The notes under the pieces were generated by a model. The model worked only from the letters and a program-made list of their open reading frames with translations, was not told the DNA's origin and ran no database searches. From an uncultured Actinomycetota bacterium (lineage in GTDB: Bacteria; Actinomycetota; Actinomycetes; Mycobacteriales; Mycobacteriaceae), in contig CAVPFT010000063.1 of the NCBI GenBank assembly GCA_963703795.1, forward strand, positions 116,047 to 180,046: 64,000 nt of DNA, in the 5' to 3' direction. Positions within the stretch are counted from its first letter, which is position 1; the number at the start of each line of letters is the position of its first letter. Positions 29,106 to 37,559 of the stretch are shown here, one piece after another. The translations under genes were made by a program, and so were the position numbers.

Positions 29106-30644
29106 GCCGCCGACCGCGCCACCATCGACCGACTGGTCCGGTCGCGCGCCGCGCAACATGGCACCAAACCGATGGTGATCGACCCGACGTGCCGAATCAG
29201 CTATCGCGAACTCGACACGACGACACGCGATTTGGCGGCCGCCTTCGTCGAGGCCGGAGTCGGCAAGGGCACCCGGGTCGGGCTGATCATGCCGAACAGC
29301 GCCCGGTGGGTGCAGGTGGCCATCGCGCTGACTCGCATTGGCGCGGTGCTGGTTCCGTTGAGCACCCTGCTGGCGGCCGGCGAGCTCGTCGCCCAGCTGC
29401 GGACCGCGTCGGTGCAATTGCTGATAAGCGTCGAGGAGTTCCGCGGCCACCGTTACCTGACGATCTCCGGTCGCGTGAGCACACTCGACCTTCCTGCGTT
29501 ACGACAGGTTTGGACGACTGACCGGCTCGCCAATGTCACCGCGAGCGAGCGCACCCGCCGGATCGTCGACGCCATGACCGAGACGGTCACGCCCGCCGAC
29601 CCGTTGGCCATCATGTTCACCTCGGGCAGCAGCGCGGCACCCAAGGGCGTCGTGCACTCCCATGGCAACGCGTTGGGCGCCGTGCGGTCGGGCCTTGCCG
29701 CGCGCTGCATCAGCGCCGACACCCGTCTGTACCTGCCGATGCCGTTCTTCTGGGTGGGCGGCTTCGGCAGCGGGATACTGTCGGTGCTGCTGGCCGGTGC
29801 CACCCTGGTGACCGAGGAGATGCCGCGACCCGAAACCACCCTGCGGCTACTGGAAAGCGAGCGGGTCACGCTGTTTCGCGGATGGCCCGACCAGGCCGAA
29901 GCCCTGGCCCGGCACGCGGACGCGGTCGGCGCCGATCTCTCGGCGTTGCGGCCGGGCAGTCTGGAAGCCTTGCTGCCCCCGGAGCAGCGGGCCCAACCCG
30001 GCGCGCGGGCCACGCTGTTCGGCATGACAGAGGCGTTCGGGCCGTACTGCGGCTATCCCGCCGACACCGACATGCCGCGATCCGCGTGGGGCAGTTGCGG
30101 AAAGCCGTTCCCCGGCATGGAGGTCCGCATCGTCGACCCCGATTGCGGCGAGCCGGTTCCGGCGGGAACCGTTGGCACGATCCAGATCCGGGGACCGCAC
30201 ACGCTGCGCGGCATCTGCCGTCGCAGCCGCGAGGACCTGTTTACCGTCGATGGCTTCTACCCCACCGGCGACCTGGGCCACCTCGACGAGGATGGGTTCC
30301 TGTTCTACCACGGCCGATCCGACGACATGTTCAAAGTCAGCGGTGCGACGGTCTACCCCAGCGAGGTGGAGCGCGCGCTGCGCACGATCGACGGCGTCGA
30401 GAACGCGTTCGTGACCAACGTGCCGGGTGCCCGGGGCGAACGAGTGGGCGCGGCCGTGGTGTGCGGCGGCGGCACGCCCGCGGCCGATGAGCTGCACATC
30501 TCCGCGCGCAAACTGCTGAGCGCCTTCAAGGTCCCCACGGTGTGGCTGGTGCTCGGGTCCGACGACGACGTCCCGCGGGGCGGCACCGGCAAGGTCGACA
30601 TCCGCCGGTTGCGGGACATGTTGATCGACGCGGGCCGGCCTTAA
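29098..30644 (+). CDS. Acyl-CoA ligase; apparent frameshift near 29115, intact ORF from 29172
   Basis: FTSGSSAAPKG, FGMTE, YPTGD, FKVSGATVYP, GTGKVD; the coupled ATG at 29098 is out of frame with the body. Confidence 0.8.
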
Positions 30645-31003
30645 GGGACCCGCGTCCAGGGTTGACAATTCTGCGACTCGAAGGCCTTAACGGCTGTGTT
30701 GATGTTCGCGAACATCGGACCGACGGACATGTTCGTCTGCAGCACATGGTCCTTGTTCGCATCGGGCGTGCCGTACGTAAACCACGCGCACATCGAGGCC
30801 TGGGTCGGCACATTGTTTATCCAAACCCCAAAGGTCGACGCCGACCCGCTCGTGCGGTAGAGGCCCGGCGCGATATCAGGCCCCACGACAAAGACACCGT
30901 TCCCGGGGATCGGGTCCATCGGATCGGCAACGGCCGGCGGCGCGAGGGCGATCGTTGCCACACAGGCAACGCACAGGCCCGTTGCGCGAAGCATTCGGGG
31001 CAT
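30641..31003 (-). CDS. Secreted protein, Rv1352-like
   Basis: Signal peptide ending APPAVA-D; PGNGVFVVGPDIAPGLYRT; Cys pair (C.W...NC.PW); shares a TTAA stop overlap with the convergent gene. Confidence 0.8.
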   Translation of the reverse strand: MPRMLRATGLCVACVATIALAPPAVADPMDPIPGNGVFVVGPDIAPGLYRTSGSASTFGVWINNVPTQASMCAWFTYGTPDANKDHVLQTNMSVGPMFANINTAVKAFESQNCQPWTRVP

Positions 31004-31082
31004 TGTTCTCTCCCTATTTTGTTTGCCCACCCCAATGGCAGCCTAGGCCGAGACGGGCGCCAGCAACAACAGATGGCCCAGC

Positions 31083-31775
31083 TCAGTGCGACGGCGCACC
31101 GCCCGAATCGACGACCACGCCGCGCCCAACGAGGTGCTCGATCAACGGAACCGCGCCGGCGGCGAGATGTTGCGACATCGCGGCCCGGGCGAGCTTGTCG
31201 TCGTGCTTTTTGAGCGCGGATAGGATCCGCCGATGGTCCTTCATCGACTGGCTCGGCCAGCCTTCGATCGCGGGAAACACCGATTCGGGCGCGTAGCGGG
31301 TTATCTGCGACATCAGCTGAGCGAGCTTCGGCGAATCCGCGGCAACGTTGACGGCCCGGTGGAAATCGTGGTTCAGCCGAACGGTCAGCTCGTGGTCATC
31401 GCCCGCGTAGGCCTCCTCGAGCTGGGCCTGGATCTCCTTGAGTTCGCGCAGCTGGTCGTCGGTGATGTTGACCGCTGCCCGGGCGGCCAGCTCCCCACCG
31501 ACGTGAGCCTGCACGTTCGCGACGTCGGTGACATCCCGCCCGGTTACCGGCAACACGACGAAGCCGCGGCGGGGCTGCTGGGCGATCAAGCCTTCGGCGC
31601 GCAGCGCGAACAGCGCTTCGCGCACCGGCGTGACACTGATCCCCAACTCCGCAGCCAATTGGTCCAGGCGAACGTAGGATCCCGCGGCGTAGGCGCCGTC
31701 GAAGATTCGCTTGCGGATCAAGCGCGCGACATCGTCGGAAAGTTGTGGGCGCGCAGCGAAATCCGGAATGGTCAT
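31083..31775 (-). CDS. GntR-family (FCD) regulator, Mce1R-like
   Basis: QLSDDVARLIR..LAAELGISVTPVREAL..LRAEG; LNHDFHRA; DHRRI. Confidence 0.92.
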   Translation of the reverse strand: MTIPDFAARPQLSDDVARLIRKRIFDGAYAAGSYVRLDQLAAELGISVTPVREALFALRAEGLIAQQPRRGFVVLPVTGRDVTDVANVQAHVGGELAARAAVNITDDQLRELKEIQAQLEEAYAGDDHELTVRLNHDFHRAVNVAADSPKLAQLMSQITRYAPESVFPAIEGWPSQSMKDHRRILSALKKHDDKLARAAMSQHLAAGAVPLIEHLVGRGVVVDSGGAPSH

Positions 31776-31779
31776 CGTC

Positions 31780-32973
31780 TCATACCTGATACTCGGCGAG
31801 TAACCGCTTGCTGATGATGGACTTCTGGATTTCGCTCGTTCCTTCACCGATGAGCAGGAACGGCGCGTCGCGCATCAGCCGTTCGATCTCGTACTCTTTG
31901 GAGTAGCCGTAGCCGCCGTGAATCCTGAAGCTCTGCTGGGTGACTTCGGAACAGTATTCGCTGGCAAGGTATTTGGCCATACCGGCGGCGACGTCATTGC
32001 GCTCCCCGGAGTCTTTCAACCGCGCCGCGTTGACCATCATCAGATGTGCGGCTTCGACTTTGGTCGCCATCTCCGCCAACTGGAACGCGATGGCCTGGTG
32101 CTCGGCGATCGGCTTGCCGAAGGTCTCGCGCTGCTGGGCATAGCGGACCGCGAGCTCGAAGGCGCGAATGCCCACACCGCATGCTCGCGCCGACACGTTG
32201 ACCCGGCCAACTTCGATGCCGTCCATCATCTGGAAGAAGCCCTGCCCCGGGGTCCCGCCCAGGACGTCGTCGGCGCTTGCCTGGTAGCCGTCGAAGATGA
32301 GCTCGGTGGTGTCGATGCCCTTGTAGCCCAGCTTGTCGATCTTGCCGGGTATCACCAGGCCGGGGACGACTTCGCCGAACCCCGTTGGCTTTTCGACGAG
32401 GAACGCGGTGAGGTTGCGGTGCGGCTTGTCCGCGCCTTCGTCGGTACGCACCAGCACCGCTATCAGTGTCGAGCTGCCGCCGTTGGTCAGCCACATCTTC
32501 TGCCCATTGATGGTGTAGCCACCGTCCGGATTGCGCTGGGCCCGGGTTCGGATCGCGGCGACGTCGGAACCCAGCTCCGGCTCCGACATCGAAAACGCGC
32601 CGCGCGTCTCGCCGGTCGCCATGCGCGGCAGAAAGCGCTGCCGCTGCGCGTCGGTGCCGTGCTGGCGCAACATGTAGGCGACGATGAAGTGGGTGTTGAG
32701 CACCCCCGACACGCTCATCCAGCCACGCGCCAGTTCCTCGACGCACAGCGCGTAGGTCAACAGCGACTCCCCCAGACCCCCGTACTCCGGTGGAATCATC
32801 AGGCCGAACAGACCCATATCGCGCATCTGATCCACGATGTGCTGCGGGTAGGTATCGCCACGCTCGAGTTCCGGCGCGTTGGGGATGACTTCCTTCTCGA
32901 CGAATTGCCTTACCGTGGCGATGATCTCGGTCTGGAACTCCGTCAGGCCGACGGTTTGGGCGAGTTTGGTCAT
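31780..32973 (-). CDS. Acyl-CoA dehydrogenase
   Basis: FSMSEPELGSD, NGQKMWLTNG, IHGGYGY, IGEGTSEIQ. Confidence 0.95.
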   Translation of the reverse strand: MTKLAQTVGLTEFQTEIIATVRQFVEKEVIPNAPELERGDTYPQHIVDQMRDMGLFGLMIPPEYGGLGESLLTYALCVEELARGWMSVSGVLNTHFIVAYMLRQHGTDAQRQRFLPRMATGETRGAFSMSEPELGSDVAAIRTRAQRNPDGGYTINGQKMWLTNGGSSTLIAVLVRTDEGADKPHRNLTAFLVEKPTGFGEVVPGLVIPGKIDKLGYKGIDTTELIFDGYQASADDVLGGTPGQGFFQMMDGIEVGRVNVSARACGVGIRAFELAVRYAQQRETFGKPIAEHQAIAFQLAEMATKVEAAHLMMVNAARLKDSGERNDVAAGMAKYLASEYCSEVTQQSFRIHGGYGYSKEYEIERLMRDAPFLLIGEGTSEIQKSIISKRLLAEYQV

Positions 32974-34184
32974 GCGCTATCGCTCCCTATCGTGTTGGCG
33001 TTCGTCAAACGCGCGATGTCGGCGTTCGTCAATCCCAGGCACTCGGTGAGGACGTCGGCGGTGTCTTGCCCGAGGGCGGGCGCCGGTGCGCAGGAGGGGT
33101 GGGTGCCGTCGAAGACGGTCGGCAGGCCCGGAGCCAGATAGTCGCCGACCCCCGGCTGGCTCAACGGGGAAAACAGCGGATTGTCGGTCACTTTGGGGTC
33201 TTCGGCCACCTGCGCGAAGGTGCGGTACCGCTCGAACAACACGGTGGTCGTTGACAGCGCCGCGGTGATCTGTTCGGCGGTGTGATCGGCGAACCAGGTG
33301 GCAAACAGCCCCGACAGCGCGTCGCGGTACCGATAGCGGTCGCCCTCGGAGCCGAAGTCCACGCCCAGCGCTTCCGCGAGCGCCGACACCGCGGCACCCG
33401 TGCCGGTCACGTCGACCAGGTCACGAAAGTGTCGTCCGGTCAAGGTCACAACCATGACTGCGGCCCCGTCACGGCTGGTGAAATCCTGGCCGTACTGGCC
33501 GTAGATGGAGTTGCCCAGCCGTTGCCGTTGCGTGCCGTTGACTTGGGGCTCCGTTAACAACCCGAGGTTTCCCGCCGTGGCCAGCGCGACATCCTCCAGT
33601 GCCAGGCTGATGCGCGCACCCAGCCCGGCCTGGTCGCGGCGGCGGACGGCGGCGACGACGGCCAGCGCCGCGTACAGGCCGCAGCACACATCCCACGCCG
33701 GCAGCACGTGGTTGATCGGGCCGGCGTGCTCGGCCGGACCGGTGACGAGGGGGAACCCGATACCCGCGTTGACGGTGTAATCCACCCCGGTGGAACCGTC
33801 GCCGCGGCCAAGCAGCTGAACGTGGATGACATCGGAACGCTTGGCGGCCAGGTGATCATGGCTCAGCCAGGACAGGCCCGCGGCGTTGGTCACGACGATC
33901 CCGTCGCCCTCGACGATAAGCCGCTGGACCAGCTCCTGGCCCTCGGCCGAGCGCAGATCGACGGTGGCCGAACGCTTTCCTTTGTTCAGTCCGGTCCAAT
34001 AGATCGACGTGCCGTCCGCCGCCAGGGGCCATCGGTGGACGTCGGAGGCGCCGCCGATCGGATCGATGCGGATCACCTGCGCGCCAAGCTGACTCAACGT
34101 CATGCCACACAGCGGTGCGGCGACGAAGCTGGACACCTCCACGACGGTGAGGTCGCTCAGGGGCAGCAACCCGGGAGCGTTCAT
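32970..34184 (-). CDS. Family III CoA-transferase resembling mesaconyl-CoA C1-C4 transferase (2-methylfumaryl-CoA isomerase)
   Basis: FVAAPLCGMTLSQLGA, WTGLNKGKRS, VDYTVNA, NHVLPAWD; start 34184 (ATGA overlap). Confidence 0.85.
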   Translation of the reverse strand: MNAPGLLPLSDLTVVEVSSFVAAPLCGMTLSQLGAQVIRIDPIGGASDVHRWPLAADGTSIYWTGLNKGKRSATVDLRSAEGQELVQRLIVEGDGIVVTNAAGLSWLSHDHLAAKRSDVIHVQLLGRGDGSTGVDYTVNAGIGFPLVTGPAEHAGPINHVLPAWDVCCGLYAALAVVAAVRRRDQAGLGARISLALEDVALATAGNLGLLTEPQVNGTQRQRLGNSIYGQYGQDFTSRDGAAVMVVTLTGRHFRDLVDVTGTGAAVSALAEALGVDFGSEGDRYRYRDALSGLFATWFADHTAEQITAALSTTTVLFERYRTFAQVAEDPKVTDNPLFSPLSQPGVGDYLAPGLPTVFDGTHPSCAPAPALGQDTADVLTECLGLTNADIARLTNANTIGSDSA

Positions 34185-35401
34185 CTCGAGGTAACCCGTT
34201 CGAACACCGCGGCAAGTCCCTGGCCGCCGCCGATGCACATGGTTTCCAACCCGTAGCGCGCCTGGCGGCGATCGAGTTCGCGCGCCAGGGTGGCCAGCAT
34301 CCTGCCGCCGGTCGCACCGACCGGGTGGCCCAGTGAGATTCCCGAGCCGTGCACGTTCGTCCGGTCATGGTCGGAGGCGCCGAAATTCCATTCCCGCATC
34401 ACCGCAAGCGCCTGTGCGGCAAAGGCTTCGTTGAGTTCGATGAGGTCGATGTCGGACAATTGCAGGCCCGCCTTGGCAAGCGCGACCTCGGTCGCGGGCA
34501 CCGGGCCGATGCCCATGATGTTGGGCGCCACACCCGCTGACCCCCACGACACCATGCGGACCAACGGCGTCAAACCGTATTCGACCGCTTTCTCTGGTGT
34601 GGTCACCACGCACATCGAGGCCGCGTCGTTTTGCCCGCTGGCGTTGCCGGCCGTAACCGTTGCGTCCGGATCATCGCCCAGCAGAATGGGTTTGAGCTTG
34701 CTCAACGACTCCACCGAGGTGTCGGCACGCGGATGCTCATCGGTGTCGACCAACTCCTCGCCCTGCCGGGTGCCCGGGATGATCACTGGAACTATTTCCG
34801 AGGCCATGATCCCGTCCTTCTGCGCGGCCACCGCACGCTGGTGGGAGCGAACCGCGAGTTCGTCTTGCTCCAACCGTGAAATGCCGTACTGACGACGCAG
34901 GTTCTCCGCCGTCTCCAGCATTCCGCCCGGCACCGGGTAGTGGTGGCCGCCGGCGGTGGTGCGTCCCCGCGCCAGCCCGTCGTGCACGCGTACACCGCCG
35001 CGCGCGCCGCCCCAACGCATATCGGTGGAGTAGAAGGCGACGTTGCTCATGCTTTCGCAGCCGCCGGCGACGACGAGGTCCTGGTCGCCATTGCCCACCT
35101 GCAGGCACGCCTGGATCACCGCCTGCAGGCCCGATCCACAGCGTCGGTCGACCTGCATGCCGGGAACCGTGACCGGCAGCCCGGAGTCCAGCGCCACCAC
35201 CCGCCCGATCGCCGGCGCCTCGCTGCTGGGATAGCAATGGCCGAGAATGACGTCTTGCACCGCCTCGGGCGCGATCCCGGTCCGCTCGAGTAGTCCTTTC
35301 AGCGCGGCGACACCGAGGTCGACGGCGGTCTGCGACTTGAACATTCCGCCGTAGCGGCCGATCGGCGTGCGTACGGGTTCGCAAACGACGGTGTCTCGCA
35401 T
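34181..35401 (-). CDS. Acetyl-CoA C-acyltransferase (thiolase)
   Basis: RRCGSG, NEAF, GHPVGATG, MCIGGG. Confidence 0.95.
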   Translation of the reverse strand: MRDTVVCEPVRTPIGRYGGMFKSQTAVDLGVAALKGLLERTGIAPEAVQDVILGHCYPSSEAPAIGRVVALDSGLPVTVPGMQVDRRCGSGLQAVIQACLQVGNGDQDLVVAGGCESMSNVAFYSTDMRWGGARGGVRVHDGLARGRTTAGGHHYPVPGGMLETAENLRRQYGISRLEQDELAVRSHQRAVAAQKDGIMASEIVPVIIPGTRQGEELVDTDEHPRADTSVESLSKLKPILLGDDPDATVTAGNASGQNDAASMCVVTTPEKAVEYGLTPLVRMVSWGSAGVAPNIMGIGPVPATEVALAKAGLQLSDIDLIELNEAFAAQALAVMREWNFGASDHDRTNVHGSGISLGHPVGATGGRMLATLARELDRRQARYGLETMCIGGGQGLAAVFERVTSR

Positions 35402-35423
35402 CTCGGTTCTCCCTCGGACCTGC

Positions 35424-36164
35424 TCAGATATGCCGGCCGCCGGTCACTTCCATGACGGTGCCCGTCATGTACGACGACAGGTCGGAGGCCAGGAACAGTG
35501 CGACGCTGGCGACTTCGCTGGGCTCGCCGGCGCGGCCCAGCGGGACCTCTGCCTCCTTCTGGTCCCAGATGTGCTGTGGCATGGCCTCTGTCATCGCCGA
35601 CCGGATCAGGCCGGGAGCGACGACATTCACCCGGACGCCCAGGTAGGCCAGCTCTTTGGCCGCGGCCTTCGTCATCCCCACGATGCCGGCCTTGGCCGCC
35701 GAATAATTGGTTTGGCCGATCATGCCGACCTTGCCCGACACCGACGACATGTTGATGATCGAGCCCCGCTTGTTTTCCCGCATGATGGCCGCCGCGGCGC
35801 GGAGCCCGTTCCAGGTTCCTTTCAGGTGCACGTCGATGACCTGATCGAATTGTTCTTCGGTCATCTTCCGCATCGTCGCGTCGCGGGTGATGCCGGCGTT
35901 GTTCACCATGATGTCCAGGCCGCCGAAGCGCTCGATCGCCGTCTGGATGAGGGTTTCGACGTCGGCCGCTTGCGTCACGTCGCACCGGACCGCCACGGCG
36001 ACATCACCACCGCCCAGCTGCTTGGCCGCGACTTCGGTCGCCTCGAGGTTCACATCGCCGAGCACGACCCGCGCGCCTTCGGCGACGAATCGCTGCGCAA
36101 TGGCGAAGCCCAGGCCCTGTGCACCACCCGTGACCACTGCAGTCTGACCGTCCAGCAACGACAC
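35424..36164 (-). CDS. fabG2: 3-oxoacyl-ACP/CoA reductase (Rv1350 ortholog)
   Basis: [22 protein letters not shown]; sequence recognised as Rv1350-like; syntenic position. Confidence 0.85.
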   Translation of the reverse strand: MSLLDGQTAVVTGGAQGLGFAIAQRFVAEGARVVLGDVNLEATEVAAKQLGGGDVAVAVRCDVTQAADVETLIQTAIERFGGLDIMVNNAGITRDATMRKMTEEQFDQVIDVHLKGTWNGLRAAAAIMRENKRGSIINMSSVSGKVGMIGQTNYSAAKAGIVGMTKAAAKELAYLGVRVNVVAPGLIRSAMTEAMPQHIWDQKEAEVPLGRAGEPSEVASVALFLASDLSSYMTGTVMEVTGGRHI

Positions 36165-36220
36165 CTGAATCACGCCTCCCTTTGGTTTGCTTGCGCGTCC
36201 TGGGGTACCCCATCGCTCGA

Positions 36221-36241
36221 ATATCATATTTCATATAGGAT
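36221..36241. promoter_or_regulatory. AT-rich heptamer triplet ATATCAT-ATTTCAT-ATAGGAT in the divergent fabG2/ACAD promoter; candidate GntR operator
   Basis: The 7-bp periodicity is seen directly; assignment to the GntR is inference. Confidence 0.45.
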
Positions 36242-36296
36242 CCTGCCCGGTGCCGGGTCCCGTTGAGCGGCCACTGCCGAAGAGGAGCGTCTGCCG

Positions 36297-37481
36297 ATGA
36301 CCACCGCTGAAGTCCCCGAAGTCTCCGACGACGACTTCGGGGAGATCCTCGCCCAGACCCGTCACTTCGTTCGCACCGCCGTGGTTCCGCGCGAGCAGGA
36401 GATCCTGACCGACGACCGGGTGCCCGACGACCTTCGCGATCAGGCCAAAAAGATGGGCTTGTTCGGATACGCGATTCCCCAGCAGTGGGGCGGTCTTGGC
36501 CTGAACCTCGTGCAAGATGTGGAACTCGCAATGGAATTGGGCTACACGTCGCTGGCGCTGCGCTCGATGTTCGGCACCAACAACGGCATCGCTGGGCAGG
36601 TTCTCGTCGGCTTCGGCACCGACGAACAGAGGGGCCGCTGGCTGGAGTCGATGGCCTCCGGCGACGTCGTCGCCTCCTTCGCGTTGACCGAGCCCGGTGC
36701 CGGATCGAACCCGGCGGGCCTGCGGACCAAGGCCGTTCGCGACGGCTCCAAAGAGGACGGAGCTTGGGTGATCTCCGGGGAGAAGCGGTTCATCACCAAC
36801 GCGCCCGTCGCCAATTTGTTTGTGGTGTTCGCGCGCACCCGGCCCCCCGACGATCAGGGCCCCGGGATCGCCGTCTTCCTGGTGCCCGCGGACACCGCGG
36901 GCGTCCAAGTGGGCGCCAAGGACGCCAAGATGGGCCAGGAAGGCGCGTGGACCGCCGACGTCAATTTCGACGACGTTCGAGTCGGGGATGACGCGCTGAT
37001 CGGCGGCAGCGAAGACATCGGCTATCGGGCGGCGATGACCTCTTTGGCGCGCGGCCGGGTCCACATCGCCGCCCTCGCGGTGGGCGCGGCCCAGCGCGCG
37101 CTCGACGAATCCGTGTCCTATGCGGCCACCGCGACGCAGGGCGGGACGCCGATCGGAAACTTTCAGTTGGTGCAGGCGATGATCGCCGACCAGCAGGCCG
37201 GAGTGCTGGCCGGCCGCGCGCTGGTCCGCGATGCCGCACGGATGTGGGTCACCGATCAAGACCGCCGGATCGCCCCGTCGGCGGCCAAGCTGTTCTGCAC
37301 CGAAATGGCCGGCAAGGTCGCGGATCTCGCGGTGCAGATCCATGGCGGTAGCGGCTACATGCGCGGCGTTCCCGTAGAACGCATCTACCGCGACGTTCGC
37401 CTGCTGCGGCTGTACGAGGGCACCAGCGAGATCCAGCGTCTGATCATTGGGTCAAACCTGGTCAGGGCGGCACAGCGGTGA
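36297..37481 (+). CDS. Acyl-CoA dehydrogenase
   Basis: FALTEPGAGS, GEKRFITNA, IHGGSGY, LYEGTSEIQ. Confidence 0.95.
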   Translation: MTTAEVPEVSDDDFGEILAQTRHFVRTAVVPREQEILTDDRVPDDLRDQAKKMGLFGYAIPQQWGGLGLNLVQDVELAMELGYTSLALRSMFGTNNGIAGQVLVGFGTDEQRGRWLESMASGDVVASFALTEPGAGSNPAGLRTKAVRDGSKEDGAWVISGEKRFITNAPVANLFVVFARTRPPDDQGPGIAVFLVPADTAGVQVGAKDAKMGQEGAWTADVNFDDVRVGDDALIGGSEDIGYRAAMTSLARGRVHIAALAVGAAQRALDESVSYAATATQGGTPIGNFQLVQAMIADQQAGVLAGRALVRDAARMWVTDQDRRIAPSAAKLFCTEMAGKVADLAVQIHGGSGYMRGVPVERIYRDVRLLRLYEGTSEIQRLIIGSNLVRAAQR

Positions 37482-37559
37482 GCGCAACGCGCAGCTGACG
37501 GCCGACCGAACGAGAAATATACGCGCATACGCCGATGTTTTGCCGCATGCGGTCGCCGC

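Noticed and set aside
36184-36207. GGTTT-N14-GGGTA as a SigF promoter
   Set aside because: The spacer is shorter than the usual 15-17 bp; not supportable.
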